The notes beneath the pieces were generated by a model. The model was not told the DNA's origin, did no database searches, and was given only the letters and a program-made list of their open reading frames with translations. Source: Desulfosoma sp. (GTDB lineage Bacteria > Desulfobacterota > Syntrophobacteria > Syntrophobacterales > DSM-9756). Taken from it: a stretch of DNA of 64,000 nucleotides. A program made the position numbers and the translations under genes. The stretch is from positions 32,001-96,000 of the forward strand of contig JBBFKW010000002.1 in assembly GCA_037481835.1 (NCBI GenBank). Direction: 5' to 3'. Shown one piece after another: positions 17,485 through 27,700 of the stretch; the stretch's first letter is position 1; every line of letters starts with the position of its first letter.

Positions 17485-18327
17485 TTAGCGTTTCTTCGTC
17501 CTGCGCTTTTGTGCCTGTTCGGGCTCCGACTTTCTCAGGGCGGGAACGCCGTCGGGGAGATCCTCCGGGTTCAGCCTCTTGGCGAGCCGAAGGCGCAGTT
17601 TGAGCACGGCTTGGGTATGGATCTGAGAAATGCGCGATTCCGTATATCCCATGACGGCCCCGACTTCTTTCATGGTCAGCTCTTCGAAGTAGTAAAGGGA
17701 CAGAACGAGTTTTTCTTTCTCATCGAGGGTTTCGATGCATTCGGCAAGGATCTGCTGCATTTGTCCCTTGTGGATGCGATGAAAAATTTCGTCGGGGTCC
17801 GTGGCCAAATGGGCCGCTTCGCGGTTTTCCTGGATATATTCGTTCAAATCTTCAGGAATGAAGGAGATGCCTTTGAGGCTGTCGACCAGTTCGAAGTAGG
17901 CGTCCAGATCCAAACCCAATTCGGCGGCGATCTCTTCGTCTTCGGGAAATCGTCCCAGTTTTTTTTCCAGAGCGGCACAGACCTTTTCCATTTCCGAAGA
18001 TTTTTGCCGAAGCGAGCGAGGGATCCAGTCCATGCTGCGGATTTCGTCCAGCATGGCGCCCCGGATGCGGATCTTCGCATAATTTTCGAACGACACACCT
18101 TGGTTGGGGTCGTACTTGGCCATGGCGTCCATGAGGCCGATGACGCCGGCGGCGCACAGATCTTCCATGCTGGTGGTGCTGGGAAGACGGGCGGCCAATC
18201 GATACGCGGTATGGCGCACGAGAGGATAGTATTTGAGGATGGCCTCGTCTCGACTGGCGCATCCCAGTCGGAAAGGATCAGCGTCTTCAGGGTAAGACTG
18301 TTTGACGGGTGCAGGGTTCAGGTTCAT
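17485..18327 (-). CDS. fliA: Flagellar sigma28 factor FliA
   Basis: GVIGLMDAMAKYDP, RIRGAMLDEIRSMDWIPRS, LYYFEELTMKEVG..TESRISQIH. Confidence 0.96.
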   Translation of the reverse strand: MNLNPAPVKQSYPEDADPFRLGCASRDEAILKYYPLVRHTAYRLAARLPSTTSMEDLCAAGVIGLMDAMAKYDPNQGVSFENYAKIRIRGAMLDEIRSMDWIPRSLRQKSSEMEKVCAALEKKLGRFPEDEEIAAELGLDLDAYFELVDSLKGISFIPEDLNEYIQENREAAHLATDPDEIFHRIHKGQMQQILAECIETLDEKEKLVLSLYYFEELTMKEVGAVMGYTESRISQIHTQAVLKLRLRLAKRLNPEDLPDGVPALRKSEPEQAQKRRTKKR

Positions 18328-18343
18328 CACGATCTCCGGTTCG

Positions 18344-19231
18344 TTAAACCTGCAGGAGTCGCTTCCAGAAAAACTGGATGGTTCCCTTTGGTATGGCAGG
18401 GGCTTCCCGGGCAAGACGTCGGGCGATATCCATGAAAGCCCGGGAGGCGGGCGCTCCGGGAAAAACTTCCAGCAGAGCCTTCTGGCGCCGAACGGCTTCG
18501 GGGACGCTGGGGTCTCGGGGGATCCACCCCAGGTAATCCAAGGACATGCCGTCCAAGAAATGATCGGCCACCCGGCTGAGCTTTGCGAAAACGGATCGGC
18601 CTTCCTTTTCATCGGCGACCCCGTTGGTAAGGATCCGGAAGGAGCGCTCGCCGTGCCGGGTGAACATGACCTTGATAAAGGCGTAGGCATCGGTGAGGGA
18701 CGTGGGCTCAGGGGTCACCACCACGATTTTTTCCTGGGCCGCCACGTTGAAATAGAGCACCGTGTCGGAAATGCCCGCCCCGGTGTCGATGAGCAGCACG
18801 TCCACGTCCGTTTCCAAATCGTCCAGAAGGTCCACGAGGAAGAGCTTCTGTTCCTGGGTCAATTGGGTGAGTTTCTGCACACCCGAACTGGCCGGCATGA
18901 TGCGGATGTTTCCGGGCCCGGCAACGAGCACCTCTTCGAACCGGCGGCTGCCGTCCAAAACGTGACTGATGTTGTGAACCGGGGTGAGACCGAGAAGGAC
19001 GTCCACGTTGGCCAAACCCAAATCGGCGTCCAAAATCATCACGCGCTTGCCCAGGCGATCCAAAGCCACGGCGAGATTGACCACAACATTGCTCTTGCCC
19101 ACCCCTCCTTTGCCGCTGCTGACCGACAAAGTCCGAACGACGGCTTCCGCATGAGGAGCGTGCAAAGATCGGCTTTCGTTCCAAGGATCACGAGATGAGG
19201 TCCTCTTGCGAAGTCCGAGCGCCTGATCCAT
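18344..19231 (-). CDS. flhG: MinD-like ATPase FlhG/FleN
   Basis: MDQALGLR, SGKGGVGKS, DADLGLAN, PEPTSLTDAY. Confidence 0.96.
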   Translation of the reverse strand: MDQALGLRKRTSSRDPWNESRSLHAPHAEAVVRTLSVSSGKGGVGKSNVVVNLAVALDRLGKRVMILDADLGLANVDVLLGLTPVHNISHVLDGSRRFEEVLVAGPGNIRIMPASSGVQKLTQLTQEQKLFLVDLLDDLETDVDVLLIDTGAGISDTVLYFNVAAQEKIVVVTPEPTSLTDAYAFIKVMFTRHGERSFRILTNGVADEKEGRSVFAKLSRVADHFLDGMSLDYLGWIPRDPSVPEAVRRQKALLEVFPGAPASRAFMDIARRLAREAPAIPKGTIQFFWKRLLQV

Positions 19232-19254
19232 ATCCTCCCTTTCTCCTCACCCTT

Positions 19255-20355
19255 TCAGTGCCCGCGTGGAAAAAAGAACCCCAAAATGCGCTTGTGGGTC
19301 GCTCTGACCAAATCCTCGGGGACCCTCTGGCCTACGCCGAAATATGACAGGGGGTAAGCGAATCGAAACACGGGGTTGAGGATCGTCCCGGGAGTGAGCG
19401 TTTCATCGATTTTCGTAAAAATGAGGCTTTCCGGACCCAGAGGACGAAACCTTTGGATGACGTGACGCACATCCTCGTCCTTGGCCGTGGCGCTCAAGAC
19501 CAGGAAGTGGGACACCCCGTCCACGTCCCGAAAAATTTCCTGAAGATCCTGGATGCTGCTGCCGCTGAGGTAATTGCGTCCGGTGGTGTCCACCAAGACC
19601 ACGGGACAGTCCTTGAGGGCCTCACGGGCCGAAACCAATTCCAGGCGCGTCTGGGCCACCTTCAGGGGGACGTCCAAAATATCCGCATAGGTTTTCAGCT
19701 GATCCAGAGCCCCGATGCGGTAAGTGTCCAACGAAATGAGCCCGACGGGCACCTTCTTCTTGAGCTTGAGATAGGCTGCAATCTTGGCGAGTGTGGTCGT
19801 CTTTCCCACGCCTGTCGGCCCCAAAAACACATACAACCTGGGAGACCCTCCCACCCCTTCGTCCACCCGGGCAAAAGGATCTGTGAGGCCCACTCTGTCA
19901 TTGAGTTGACGACTCAAGGCGTCCAAAAGTTGACTCTTCGTGGGGCCTTCTTTGGGGCACGCGGAAAGGATGTTTTCGAGGAGCGTGAAGGCGGTTTTTT
20001 CGTTAAGGCCCCGAAGGAGCAGGTGTTGGAAGAGGTCCGAGACAGCTTTTTGGCCGTGGAGGCGCATGAAGGCGTCTTTGGCCGAAAGGAGCAGGGACAG
20101 CATGCCTCGGATGTCTTCGAGCTGTTCTTGGACAGTGGGGTCCTCGGGGGGCGGGGGGGACGCGTTGGGAGCTGGTTTGCCGGGCAGGTCAGCGGGAGTC
20201 CCCCGATCCACGGCGGCCGTGATTTCGACGCACGATGTGCCTTCAGGGCTTTTGACCTTTCGGGTGCCTAAAAGGACGGCGTCGGGTCCCAGTTCCCGGC
20301 GGACCCATTCCAGTGCCTGGGGCATTGTGGGCGCGACAAAGGTCTTAACCTGCAT
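19255..20355 (-). CDS. flhF: SRP-type GTPase FlhF
   Basis: GPTGVGKTTTLAKIAA, DTYRIGA, DTTGR, TKIDET. Confidence 0.96.
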   Translation of the reverse strand: MQVKTFVAPTMPQALEWVRRELGPDAVLLGTRKVKSPEGTSCVEITAAVDRGTPADLPGKPAPNASPPPPEDPTVQEQLEDIRGMLSLLLSAKDAFMRLHGQKAVSDLFQHLLLRGLNEKTAFTLLENILSACPKEGPTKSQLLDALSRQLNDRVGLTDPFARVDEGVGGSPRLYVFLGPTGVGKTTTLAKIAAYLKLKKKVPVGLISLDTYRIGALDQLKTYADILDVPLKVAQTRLELVSAREALKDCPVVLVDTTGRNYLSGSSIQDLQEIFRDVDGVSHFLVLSATAKDEDVRHVIQRFRPLGPESLIFTKIDETLTPGTILNPVFRFAYPLSYFGVGQRVPEDLVRATHKRILGFFFPRGH

Positions 20356-22450
20356 GGACCCCTCGAATCATGCCGACGGATTGGATTTCGGACAAATTCG
20401 TCAATTCGCTGTGACTGATCACCACCACTTCAGGCAAGAAGCGTTCCAAAAGCTTTTTCAAATGGCGCCGCACCATGGGGGAGGTGAGGATCACGGGGTG
20501 ATGGCCGGCGTTGGCCGCCCGCTGCACTTCCGTGGTGGTGGACTGGATGATCTTGTGCAGAAAATCGGGATCGATGGAAAGGAACGATCCGTGTTCCGTT
20601 TTTTGGATGCTTTGGGCGAGTTTTTCTTCGAGCTGCGGATGCACCGTGAGCACGTGGAGTTTCCCGTTTTCCTTTTCGTAGGGGCGGGTGATGGTTCGCG
20701 CCAGGGCCTGTCGCACGTATTCGGTGAGGATGTCCGGGTCCTTGGTCACCGTGCCGTGGTCGGCCAAAGTTTCGCAGATGGTCTGGAGGTCCCGGATGGA
20801 GACCTTTTCCCGCACCAGGTTTTGGAGCACCTTCTGGATGACGCCAAGAGGCAGCGGGTTCGGGGTCAATTCTTCGATGAGTTTGGGTTGGGATTGGGCC
20901 ACCATGTCCAGGAGTTTTTGGACGGTTTGCCGAGTCAGGAATTCGTCGGCGTGCTTCTTGAAAAGTTCCGTCAAATGGGTGGCGACAACCGTCGAAAGGT
21001 CGATCAGGGTGTAACCGGCCCGTGCTGCGGCTTCCTTGTTCTTGTCGGCGACCCACAGGGCCGGCAAACCGAAGGCCGGGTCCTTGGTGGGAATGCCTTC
21101 CACGCTGGGCTGACGGTCGGAGGTGGGCAACGCCAAGTGGTGGCCCAGCATGAGTTCCGCTCGGGCGATGGGGTTTCCCTTGAGCAACAGGCGGTATTCG
21201 GACGGCTTAAGCTGGAGGTTGTCCCGAACGTGCAGTGACGGAACGACGATGCCGTATTCCAGGGCCAATTGCTGACGGATGGATCGGATGCGGCCCAAAA
21301 GATCGGAGGGGTGGTCCCCGTCCACCAAGGGGATCAAGCCGTAGCCCACTTCCAGTTCCAGGAGGTCCAGCGGAGGGGGCAGCGCCGAGGCGCTCTTGTC
21401 TTCCTTTTTCTGTTCGACGCCGGCCTGCTGCGCTGTCTTTCGCGCGTCGGCTTTCTGCTTTTGGGTTTTTTGATAGGCAAGGCCCAAGAGCCCGCCGCCG
21501 ACGAGCATCAAAGGCACAAAGGGAAACCCGGGCACCAGGGCCAGGGCGCAGAGCATCCCGCCGGTGATGCTTAAGGGCTTGGGATTCACGGCCAACTGCC
21601 TCTTGAACGCTTCGCCCATGCCTTGGTCCAGTTCGGCGCGGCTGACCAGGACGCCTGCGGCGGTGGAAATGATCAAGGCGGGGATTTGGGACACCAACCC
21701 GTCTCCGACGGTCAGCAACGTGTAGTTCTTGAGGGCTTCCACGATGTCCATGCCCCGTTGCAGCACCCCGATGGCCAGCCCCCCAAGGATGTTGATCAAC
21801 GTGATGAGGATCCCCGCGATGGCATCTCCGCGCACGAACTTGCTCGCGCCGTCCATGCTCCCGTAGAAGTCCGCTTCCCTCATAATTTCAGCACGACGCT
21901 CCCGGGCCTTCTTTTCATCGATGAGGCCGGCGTTGAGGTCGGCGTCGATGCTCATCTGTTTTCCGGGCATGGCGTCCAAGGTAAAGCGGGCGGCCACTTC
22001 CGAGATGCGCTCTGTCCCCTTGGTGATCACCACGAAATTGACGATGACCAAAATGATGAAGATCACCAAGCCGATGACGTAGTTGCCGCCGACGACGAAT
22101 TGCCCGAACGCCTCAATGATGTGGCCGGCGGCGTCCGTCCCCTGGTCCCCCTTGAGAAGGATGAGGCGGGTGCTGGCCACGTTGAGGGCCAGTCGAAACA
22201 GGGTGGTGATGAGCAAGAGGGTGGGGAAGATGCCGAAATCCAGAGGCTTGGCCGAGTAGATGGTGGTCAAGAGAATGAGGATGCCGAAGGAGATGTTGAC
22301 GGCCAGGAAAACGTCCATGACCTGGCTGGGAATGGGCAAGAGCATGACTGCCAGAATCATGACGACGCCGACGCCCAGAACCGCCTCAGTGTCGCTCACC
22401 CCCTTGAGGTTCCATCGCACGCGGGACATTCCGGAAGAAGTCGCTGGCAT
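20345..22450 (-). CDS. flhA: Export gate protein FlhA
   Basis: RISEVAARFTLDAMPGKQMSIDADL; DGASKFVRGDA. Confidence 0.98.
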   Translation of the reverse strand: MPATSSGMSRVRWNLKGVSDTEAVLGVGVVMILAVMLLPIPSQVMDVFLAVNISFGILILLTTIYSAKPLDFGIFPTLLLITTLFRLALNVASTRLILLKGDQGTDAAGHIIEAFGQFVVGGNYVIGLVIFIILVIVNFVVITKGTERISEVAARFTLDAMPGKQMSIDADLNAGLIDEKKARERRAEIMREADFYGSMDGASKFVRGDAIAGILITLINILGGLAIGVLQRGMDIVEALKNYTLLTVGDGLVSQIPALIISTAAGVLVSRAELDQGMGEAFKRQLAVNPKPLSITGGMLCALALVPGFPFVPLMLVGGGLLGLAYQKTQKQKADARKTAQQAGVEQKKEDKSASALPPPLDLLELEVGYGLIPLVDGDHPSDLLGRIRSIRQQLALEYGIVVPSLHVRDNLQLKPSEYRLLLKGNPIARAELMLGHHLALPTSDRQPSVEGIPTKDPAFGLPALWVADKNKEAAARAGYTLIDLSTVVATHLTELFKKHADEFLTRQTVQKLLDMVAQSQPKLIEELTPNPLPLGVIQKVLQNLVREKVSIRDLQTICETLADHGTVTKDPDILTEYVRQALARTITRPYEKENGKLHVLTVHPQLEEKLAQSIQKTEHGSFLSIDPDFLHKIIQSTTTEVQRAANAGHHPVILTSPMVRRHLKKLLERFLPEVVVISHSELTNLSEIQSVGMIRGVHAG

Positions 22451-22459
22451 GGGCTCATC

Positions 22460-23527
22460 CTATGGTGTGGACCGACGTTGCTGATAGACGTACGCCAGGA
22501 CTTTGGCCACAGCCCGATACAGGGTTTCGGGGATGACCTGATCCAGCTTCACCTGGTGATACAAGGCGCGTGCCAAGGGCGGATTCTGCACCACGGGAAC
22601 CCTGTGTTCCCGGGCGATGCGGATGATGTTTTGGGCGATGAGATTCATGCCTTTGGCGACCACCTTGGGGGCCTGCAGGCCCTCCTTGTAGAAGAGGGCC
22701 ACGGCGTAATGGGTCGGGTTCGTGACGACAACCGTGGCCCTGGGGACCTTGGACATCATGCGTTGGCGCGCCAAGGTCCTTTGAATGGAGCGGATGCGGG
22801 ACTTGATCTGGGGGTTTCCTTCGCTTTGCTTGTGCTCTTCCTTGACTTCTTGTTTCGTCATCATGAGGTCCTTGATGTACTGCCAGCGCTGATAGGCAAA
22901 ATCCAAAATGGCCAGGACCAAAATGAATGCCCCGGCCTTCCACACGAACCGGAACACGATGCGGCCCGTCTCACGGCCGATGCCGAAAAGATCGTGGTGG
23001 ACAAGGGTCGCCAAGGATTCCCGTTCGCTTTGGAACACGGAATAGAGCACACAACCGATGATGAGGATTTTCAGGAATGATTTGGCCGTTTCCGCAAAAA
23101 ACCGCACCTGAGCGAACCGCTTGAGGCCGTTGAGGGGGTTCAATTTGGAAAATTTAGGTTCCAGGGCTTTGGGAGCGAACAGGAAGCCTTTGAGCTGCAC
23201 GAGATTGACCGCGACAGCGGTTGCCAGGGCCGCGAGGATCCCCGGAGCCGCCATGAGAAAAAATGCCTGGAAGACGGAAACCGCGAGGGCCTTTCCCGAA
23301 AGCCCGCTTTCCGGAAGAGCGAACCCGTGGGGCCAAAGCTGATCCAAGAGGGCTCGGAATTGTTCGGGAAACTTCTTGATCTGGAAAGATGCGGCAAGCC
23401 AGCCTGCGCAAAGCACCGCAAGGGACGTGAGCTCTTGGCTCTTGGGGACGTTTCCCTTGCGGCGCGCTTCCGCCAGGCGCTTCCCCGTTGGCTTTTCCGT
23501 TCTTTCTTGAGCTCCCGCCATGGGCAC
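22460..23527 (-). CDS. flhB: Export switch protein FlhB
   Basis: ERTEKPT, EGNPQIK, NPTH autocleavage site. Confidence 0.97.
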   Translation of the reverse strand: MPMAGAQERTEKPTGKRLAEARRKGNVPKSQELTSLAVLCAGWLAASFQIKKFPEQFRALLDQLWPHGFALPESGLSGKALAVSVFQAFFLMAAPGILAALATAVAVNLVQLKGFLFAPKALEPKFSKLNPLNGLKRFAQVRFFAETAKSFLKILIIGCVLYSVFQSERESLATLVHHDLFGIGRETGRIVFRFVWKAGAFILVLAILDFAYQRWQYIKDLMMTKQEVKEEHKQSEGNPQIKSRIRSIQRTLARQRMMSKVPRATVVVTNPTHYAVALFYKEGLQAPKVVAKGMNLIAQNIIRIAREHRVPVVQNPPLARALYHQVKLDQVIPETLYRAVAKVLAYVYQQRRSTP

Positions 23528-23585
23528 ACGTCTCGTTCAGGATCGGGGATTTCCTGACACGTGGATCGTCAATTCCTCGACGTCT

Positions 23586-24359
23586 TCACGAAAGGCCGAC
23601 GGCTCGGAAGAATTTCAGAAGCACGGTCAGGGCGGTGGACACCGATTGAGCCCATTCCGGCAGGGACAGAAGGGCAAAGAAAATGCCAACGCCGATGGTG
23701 ATGGGAAAGCTCACCATGAGGACGTTGATCTGCGGGGAGAACTTGGCCACAAGGGCGAAGCCGGCCTGGAGCAGCAGTTGGGCGCTCATGACCGGAGCGG
23801 CGATCTTCAGGGCGATGACGAAAAGCCGTCCCGAGAGGGTGAAAATGTTGTGCACGATGTTTGGGGTGGGCAGGAAGCTTCCGACGGGCACGGCCTGAAA
23901 ACTTTCGATGAAGGTGCGGATGACGACGAGGTGCCCCTGAATGGCGAAGAAGAAGAGTGTGGCCAGAATCTGCAGCCATTGGCTCAGGAGCACGTCTTGG
24001 GTTCCGTTTTGAGGATCCACCACTTGGGCAAAACCGAGCCCCATTTGAAAGGCCATGAGCTGGCCTGCCATGTGGAAAGCGCCGTAGATGACGTGCATGG
24101 AAAGGGCGAAGAGTGTGGCGTAGATGAGTTCACTGATCATGGTCCCCGCGAGGGGCAAAGGTTCCAAGGGGAGGGGGGGGACGGAGGGGGCCGTAAGGGG
24201 TGCGGCCATAAAAGATAAGGCCCACACGGACCAGGCTTTGACGGCCATGGGGACTTGGCGCGTTCTAAAGACGGGAAGAAGGAACAAAACGAGACTGAGG
24301 CGAAGGAGGACGCTCAAAAAAACGCGGATCTGCACTGTATCGATATGAAATGTGACCAT
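23586..24359 (-). CDS. fliR: Export protein FliR
   Basis: AGQLMAFQMGLGFAQVVDP; PQINVLMVSFP. Confidence 0.95.
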   Translation of the reverse strand: MVTFHIDTVQIRVFLSVLLRLSLVLFLLPVFRTRQVPMAVKAWSVWALSFMAAPLTAPSVPPLPLEPLPLAGTMISELIYATLFALSMHVIYGAFHMAGQLMAFQMGLGFAQVVDPQNGTQDVLLSQWLQILATLFFFAIQGHLVVIRTFIESFQAVPVGSFLPTPNIVHNIFTLSGRLFVIALKIAAPVMSAQLLLQAGFALVAKFSPQINVLMVSFPITIGVGIFFALLSLPEWAQSVSTALTVLLKFFRAVGLS

Positions 24360-24391
24360 GACGCCCCATCGTCCCGGCTGTGCCCTTCCCG

Positions 24392-24661
24392 TCACCGGAT
24401 CCAGTACGGCATGTTTTCCAGGAGGGTTCGCGTAAAAGAAAGCATACGGCCGGTCATCCAGGATCCGAAGGCGAGCAGGGCGAGGAACGTGATCACGATC
24501 TTAGGGACGAAGGTGAGGGTCATTTCCTGGATTTGGGTCACGGCTTGAAACAGGCTGATGAGCACTCCGACGACGAGACTGGTGAGCAACACGGGCAGAC
24601 TGACCATCAGCATGGTTTCCAGGGCTTGGCGGGCAAGGCCGATGACGAATTCTTGGGTCAT
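24392..24661 (-). CDS. fliQ: Export protein FliQ
   Basis: FQAVTQIQEMTLTFVPKI. Confidence 0.97.
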   Translation of the reverse strand: MTQEFVIGLARQALETMLMVSLPVLLTSLVVGVLISLFQAVTQIQEMTLTFVPKIVITFLALLAFGSWMTGRMLSFTRTLLENMPYWIR

Positions 24662-24673
24662 GGCACAGGGTCC

Positions 24674-25444
24674 TTAGGAAAAGCTTTTCACCAGGGAGCC
24701 GATCAGGAGGTTCCAGCCGTCCACGAGGACAAAGAGCATGAGTTTGAACGGCAGGGAAATCATCACCGGAGGAAGCATCATCATGCCCATGGACAAAAGA
24801 ACACTGGCTACCACCATGTCCAAAACAAGGAAGGGGATATAAAGCAGAAAGCCGATCTGGAAGGCGGTTTTCAATTCACTGATGACGAAGGCGGGGACCA
24901 CCGCCGAAAGGGGGACGTCGTCCGGACCGCGGGGCTTCTGGTCGCCGGTGAAGGACATGAAGAGCTTGAGGTCTTTCGTGCGGGTTTGCTTCATCATGAA
25001 GGCTTTGAGCGGCGCGACGGCGCGCTCGAGGAAGGCTTCCCCGCCGATGGCCTGGTTCTGGAACGGAATGACGGCCTCCCGGTGGATCTCCTGCCAGACG
25101 GGCCACATGATGGAAAAGGTGAGAAAAAGGGCCAGCCCCACGATCACCTGGTTGGGTGGGGATTGCTGGGTGCCCAAGGCGGTGCGCAGGAAAGCCAAAA
25201 CCACGGCCAACCGCGTAAAGCAGGTCATGAGAAGAAGGATGGACGGGGCGATGGAAAGAACGGTAATGATGAAAATGATTTTCAACAGGCCGGAAACCTG
25301 CTCCGCTCCCGCAGAGTCATCCCACTGGAGCCGAAAGGCGGGCAGATTGAGGTCGGCGGCCCAGGCGCCGTGGGGGATGAGGATCACGGCAAGGACCAGA
25401 GCAAAGAGCATGGCGCCGATAAGGCCGGAGGTTCGGGACTTCAT
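24674..25444 (-). CDS. fliP: Export protein FliP
   Basis: GTQQSPPNQV, SELKTAFQIGF, MGMMMLPP; ATG overlaps the fliO stop. Confidence 0.97.
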   Translation of the reverse strand: MKSRTSGLIGAMLFALVLAVILIPHGAWAADLNLPAFRLQWDDSAGAEQVSGLLKIIFIITVLSIAPSILLLMTCFTRLAVVLAFLRTALGTQQSPPNQVIVGLALFLTFSIMWPVWQEIHREAVIPFQNQAIGGEAFLERAVAPLKAFMMKQTRTKDLKLFMSFTGDQKPRGPDDVPLSAVVPAFVISELKTAFQIGFLLYIPFLVLDMVVASVLLSMGMMMLPPVMISLPFKLMLFVLVDGWNLLIGSLVKSFS

Positions 25445-25746
25445 GGCCGTTCGTCCTCCAAGGGCGACCTGTCCGCAAGGGGGGCACTCGCCGCGTGCAC
25501 TGGAGCCAAGAACGAAAGTCCTTGCGGGGACATGCCCAGAAGCAAAGTGTCTTCGGCAACGCGAACGAGCAGAAGGCAATGTTTCGGGCCGAGATAGCGC
25601 CGTTCCAAAACGTTTATGAGCGCTTTGTCGGATCGGTCGGCAAACCGGTGGCCCCAGCGCTTAAGCGCGAAGGCGGCGCCGAAGAGCACAAGGATCACGA
25701 CGGCAAGGGCGCCGAAGGTTTTCAGTGCCTGCACGGTGAGATCCAT
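25441..25746 (-). CDS. fliO: FliO
   Basis: TM then INVLERRYLGPKHCLLLVRV; between fliN and fliP. Confidence 0.88.
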   Translation of the reverse strand: MDLTVQALKTFGALAVVILVLFGAAFALKRWGHRFADRSDKALINVLERRYLGPKHCLLLVRVAEDTLLLGMSPQGLSFLAPVHAASAPLADRSPLEDERP

Positions 25747-25750
25747 GGCC

Positions 25751-26143
25751 CTATCCCAGCTGTTTGACCCGTTCCATGGGGCTTACGATGTCGGTGATGC
25801 GCACCCCGAACTTTTCATTGACGACCACCGCTTCCCCGCGGGCCACCAATCGATTGTTGACAAGAATTTCCAAGGGTTCCCCGGCGAACTTGTTGAGTTC
25901 CACCACGGAGCCTTGGCCGAGCTGCAACAGGTCGTTGATGAGGAGCTTGGCCCGGCCCAATTCAACGGACACTTCCAGCGGCAGGTCCAGGATGAATTCC
26001 AGATCCCGAATGTCTTTCCTGAGCGCCGCCTCTGCGTTTTCGGCGGCTTCGGCCTGCCCGGCCCCGGCATGGGGGGCGGATACCTTGGGGGCGTCCATGG
26101 GTTCCAAGGAGACGGCATCCTTGATGATGTTCTGATCGGCCAT
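25751..26143 (-). CDS. fliN: C-ring protein FliN
   Basis: ILDLPLEVSVELGR; ARGEAVVVNEKFGVRIT. Confidence 0.97.
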   Translation of the reverse strand: MADQNIIKDAVSLEPMDAPKVSAPHAGAGQAEAAENAEAALRKDIRDLEFILDLPLEVSVELGRAKLLINDLLQLGQGSVVELNKFAGEPLEILVNNRLVARGEAVVVNEKFGVRITDIVSPMERVKQLG

Positions 26144-26168
26144 GACGGTCACTCCCTGTCCCGTTCGG

Positions 26169-27158
26169 CTATTCGTGAGGAACCGCGATGAGGTCCACGA
26201 TCTTCACCGCGTGATTGCCTTTGTGAACCCCCGCAAAAACCTTGTATTTGGGAACGCTTTCCACGCTCGCCGTAAGGGGGTGGTTCACGTCTTGGTCCAA
26301 AACGATGACATCGCCCTTTTCCAGCCGCAGGAGGTCCTGTCCTTTAATTTCCGTTCGTCCCAGGGCGACGCAAAACTGTACGGGGATTTCATAAAGCCTG
26401 CGGATGAAGCGCCGTGTCCAGGAATAATCCACTTCCAGCTGATCGCTCTGGTAGCTGGCGGAAAGTTTGGACCGAATGGGTTCGATGGTGGAATAGGGCA
26501 GGCACAGGATGATCTTTCCCATGAGGGTGTCCATTTCCAGTTCGTAGTGGACCACGATGACGAGTTCGGTGGGCGGCACGATGGTGGCGAACTGGGGGTT
26601 GACTTCCGATCGGACGAACTTGAAGGCCACGGGGGTCACCGGATTCCACGCCTGTTCCAAATCCTTCAAGGCCATGCGCACCACCTTGTTGATGACTCGG
26701 TGTTCGATGGACGTAAAGTCCCGCCCTTCGATCTTAAAGCTGCTGCGCCCCGAGCCGCCGAAGAAGCAGTCGACCAGATTGAAGATCAGGCGGCTTTCAA
26801 CCACAAGCAGGACATGGCCTCGAAAGGGTTCCATCTTGAGCACGTGCAGACTGGTGGGTACCGGCAGCGTGCGGGTGAAATCCCCGAACTTGATCATTTC
26901 CTTTTGGGTCACCGTAATGTCCACCACCTTGCGAAGCGCCCCGGAAAGGGTCACGCGATGGACCCGGGCGAACCGATCGTTGATGATCTCCAAGGTCGGC
27001 ATGCGACCTCGGATGATCCGATCCTGGCTCGTGAGGTCATACGGGCGGATGCCGCTGTGCTCCTCTTCGGCCGCCGCCGCGGTCTCCGCCTCGATTTCCC
27101 CGTCGCTCAACCCCTTGAGGAGGGCATCCACCTCGTCTTGGGAAAGCACCTGTTCCAT
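26169..27158 (-). CDS. fliM: C-ring protein FliM
   Basis: LSQDEVDALL; FGGSG; EVNPQF. Confidence 0.98.
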   Translation of the reverse strand: MEQVLSQDEVDALLKGLSDGEIEAETAAAAEEEHSGIRPYDLTSQDRIIRGRMPTLEIINDRFARVHRVTLSGALRKVVDITVTQKEMIKFGDFTRTLPVPTSLHVLKMEPFRGHVLLVVESRLIFNLVDCFFGGSGRSSFKIEGRDFTSIEHRVINKVVRMALKDLEQAWNPVTPVAFKFVRSEVNPQFATIVPPTELVIVVHYELEMDTLMGKIILCLPYSTIEPIRSKLSASYQSDQLEVDYSWTRRFIRRLYEIPVQFCVALGRTEIKGQDLLRLEKGDVIVLDQDVNHPLTASVESVPKYKVFAGVHKGNHAVKIVDLIAVPHE

Positions 27159-27172
27159 GGTCCCACCCGAAT

Positions 27173-27673
27173 TTATTGCACCAGGAATTCGGTGAAATAG
27201 ATATCCTGCACGGTCCCTTGCTTGAGCAGCCGATTGAGCGTGGCCATGAGAGTCTTCTTCAACGCCAGTTTGCCGGAAAGGCTTGAAATGTCGTCGTATT
27301 CCTTGCTGGAAAGGAGCATGAGGATGGAATCTCGAAGCTCCGCCATGCGAGCGTCGATTTCCTGCGAGGCGGCCTCGCTGTTAAGGCTCAGCTGCATCGT
27401 CACCTTCAGGTAGCGCTCACCGCCCGGATCGGCGAGGTTGACCAGGAAGGTTTCCATGTTTTTCACGACGGGTTTCGCCTCTACGGGCTTGGCTTGGGCT
27501 TCCTTGGGCTTGTCGGCCGCGGCGAAAAACTTGGTGTAGGCGAAAAAGCCTCCTCCTCCCACAAGGGCTAGTGCCAGCGTGAGAACAAGGATCTTGATCA
27601 AGGGTGACTTCTTCTTTTGCGGTTGTTCCGCCTCTTGGGGCTTTTCTTGTCCCTCTTTTTTCTGTGCCGCCAT
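27173..27673 (-). CDS. fliL: FliL
   Basis: TM with GGGG, FLVNLAD..RYLK, YFTEFLVQ. Confidence 0.95.
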   Translation of the reverse strand: MAAQKKEGQEKPQEAEQPQKKKSPLIKILVLTLALALVGGGGFFAYTKFFAAADKPKEAQAKPVEAKPVVKNMETFLVNLADPGGERYLKVTMQLSLNSEAASQEIDARMAELRDSILMLLSSKEYDDISSLSGKLALKKTLMATLNRLLKQGTVQDIYFTEFLVQ

Positions 27674-27700
27674 CGTGTCGACTCCTCAGAGACTCAAAAA

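Noticed and set aside
21623..23080. Long plus-strand ORF opposite flhA/flhB (likewise 33911-35587, 40193-41665, 58141-59718)
   Set aside because: Antisense shadow ORFs typical of GC-rich codon usage; no motifs
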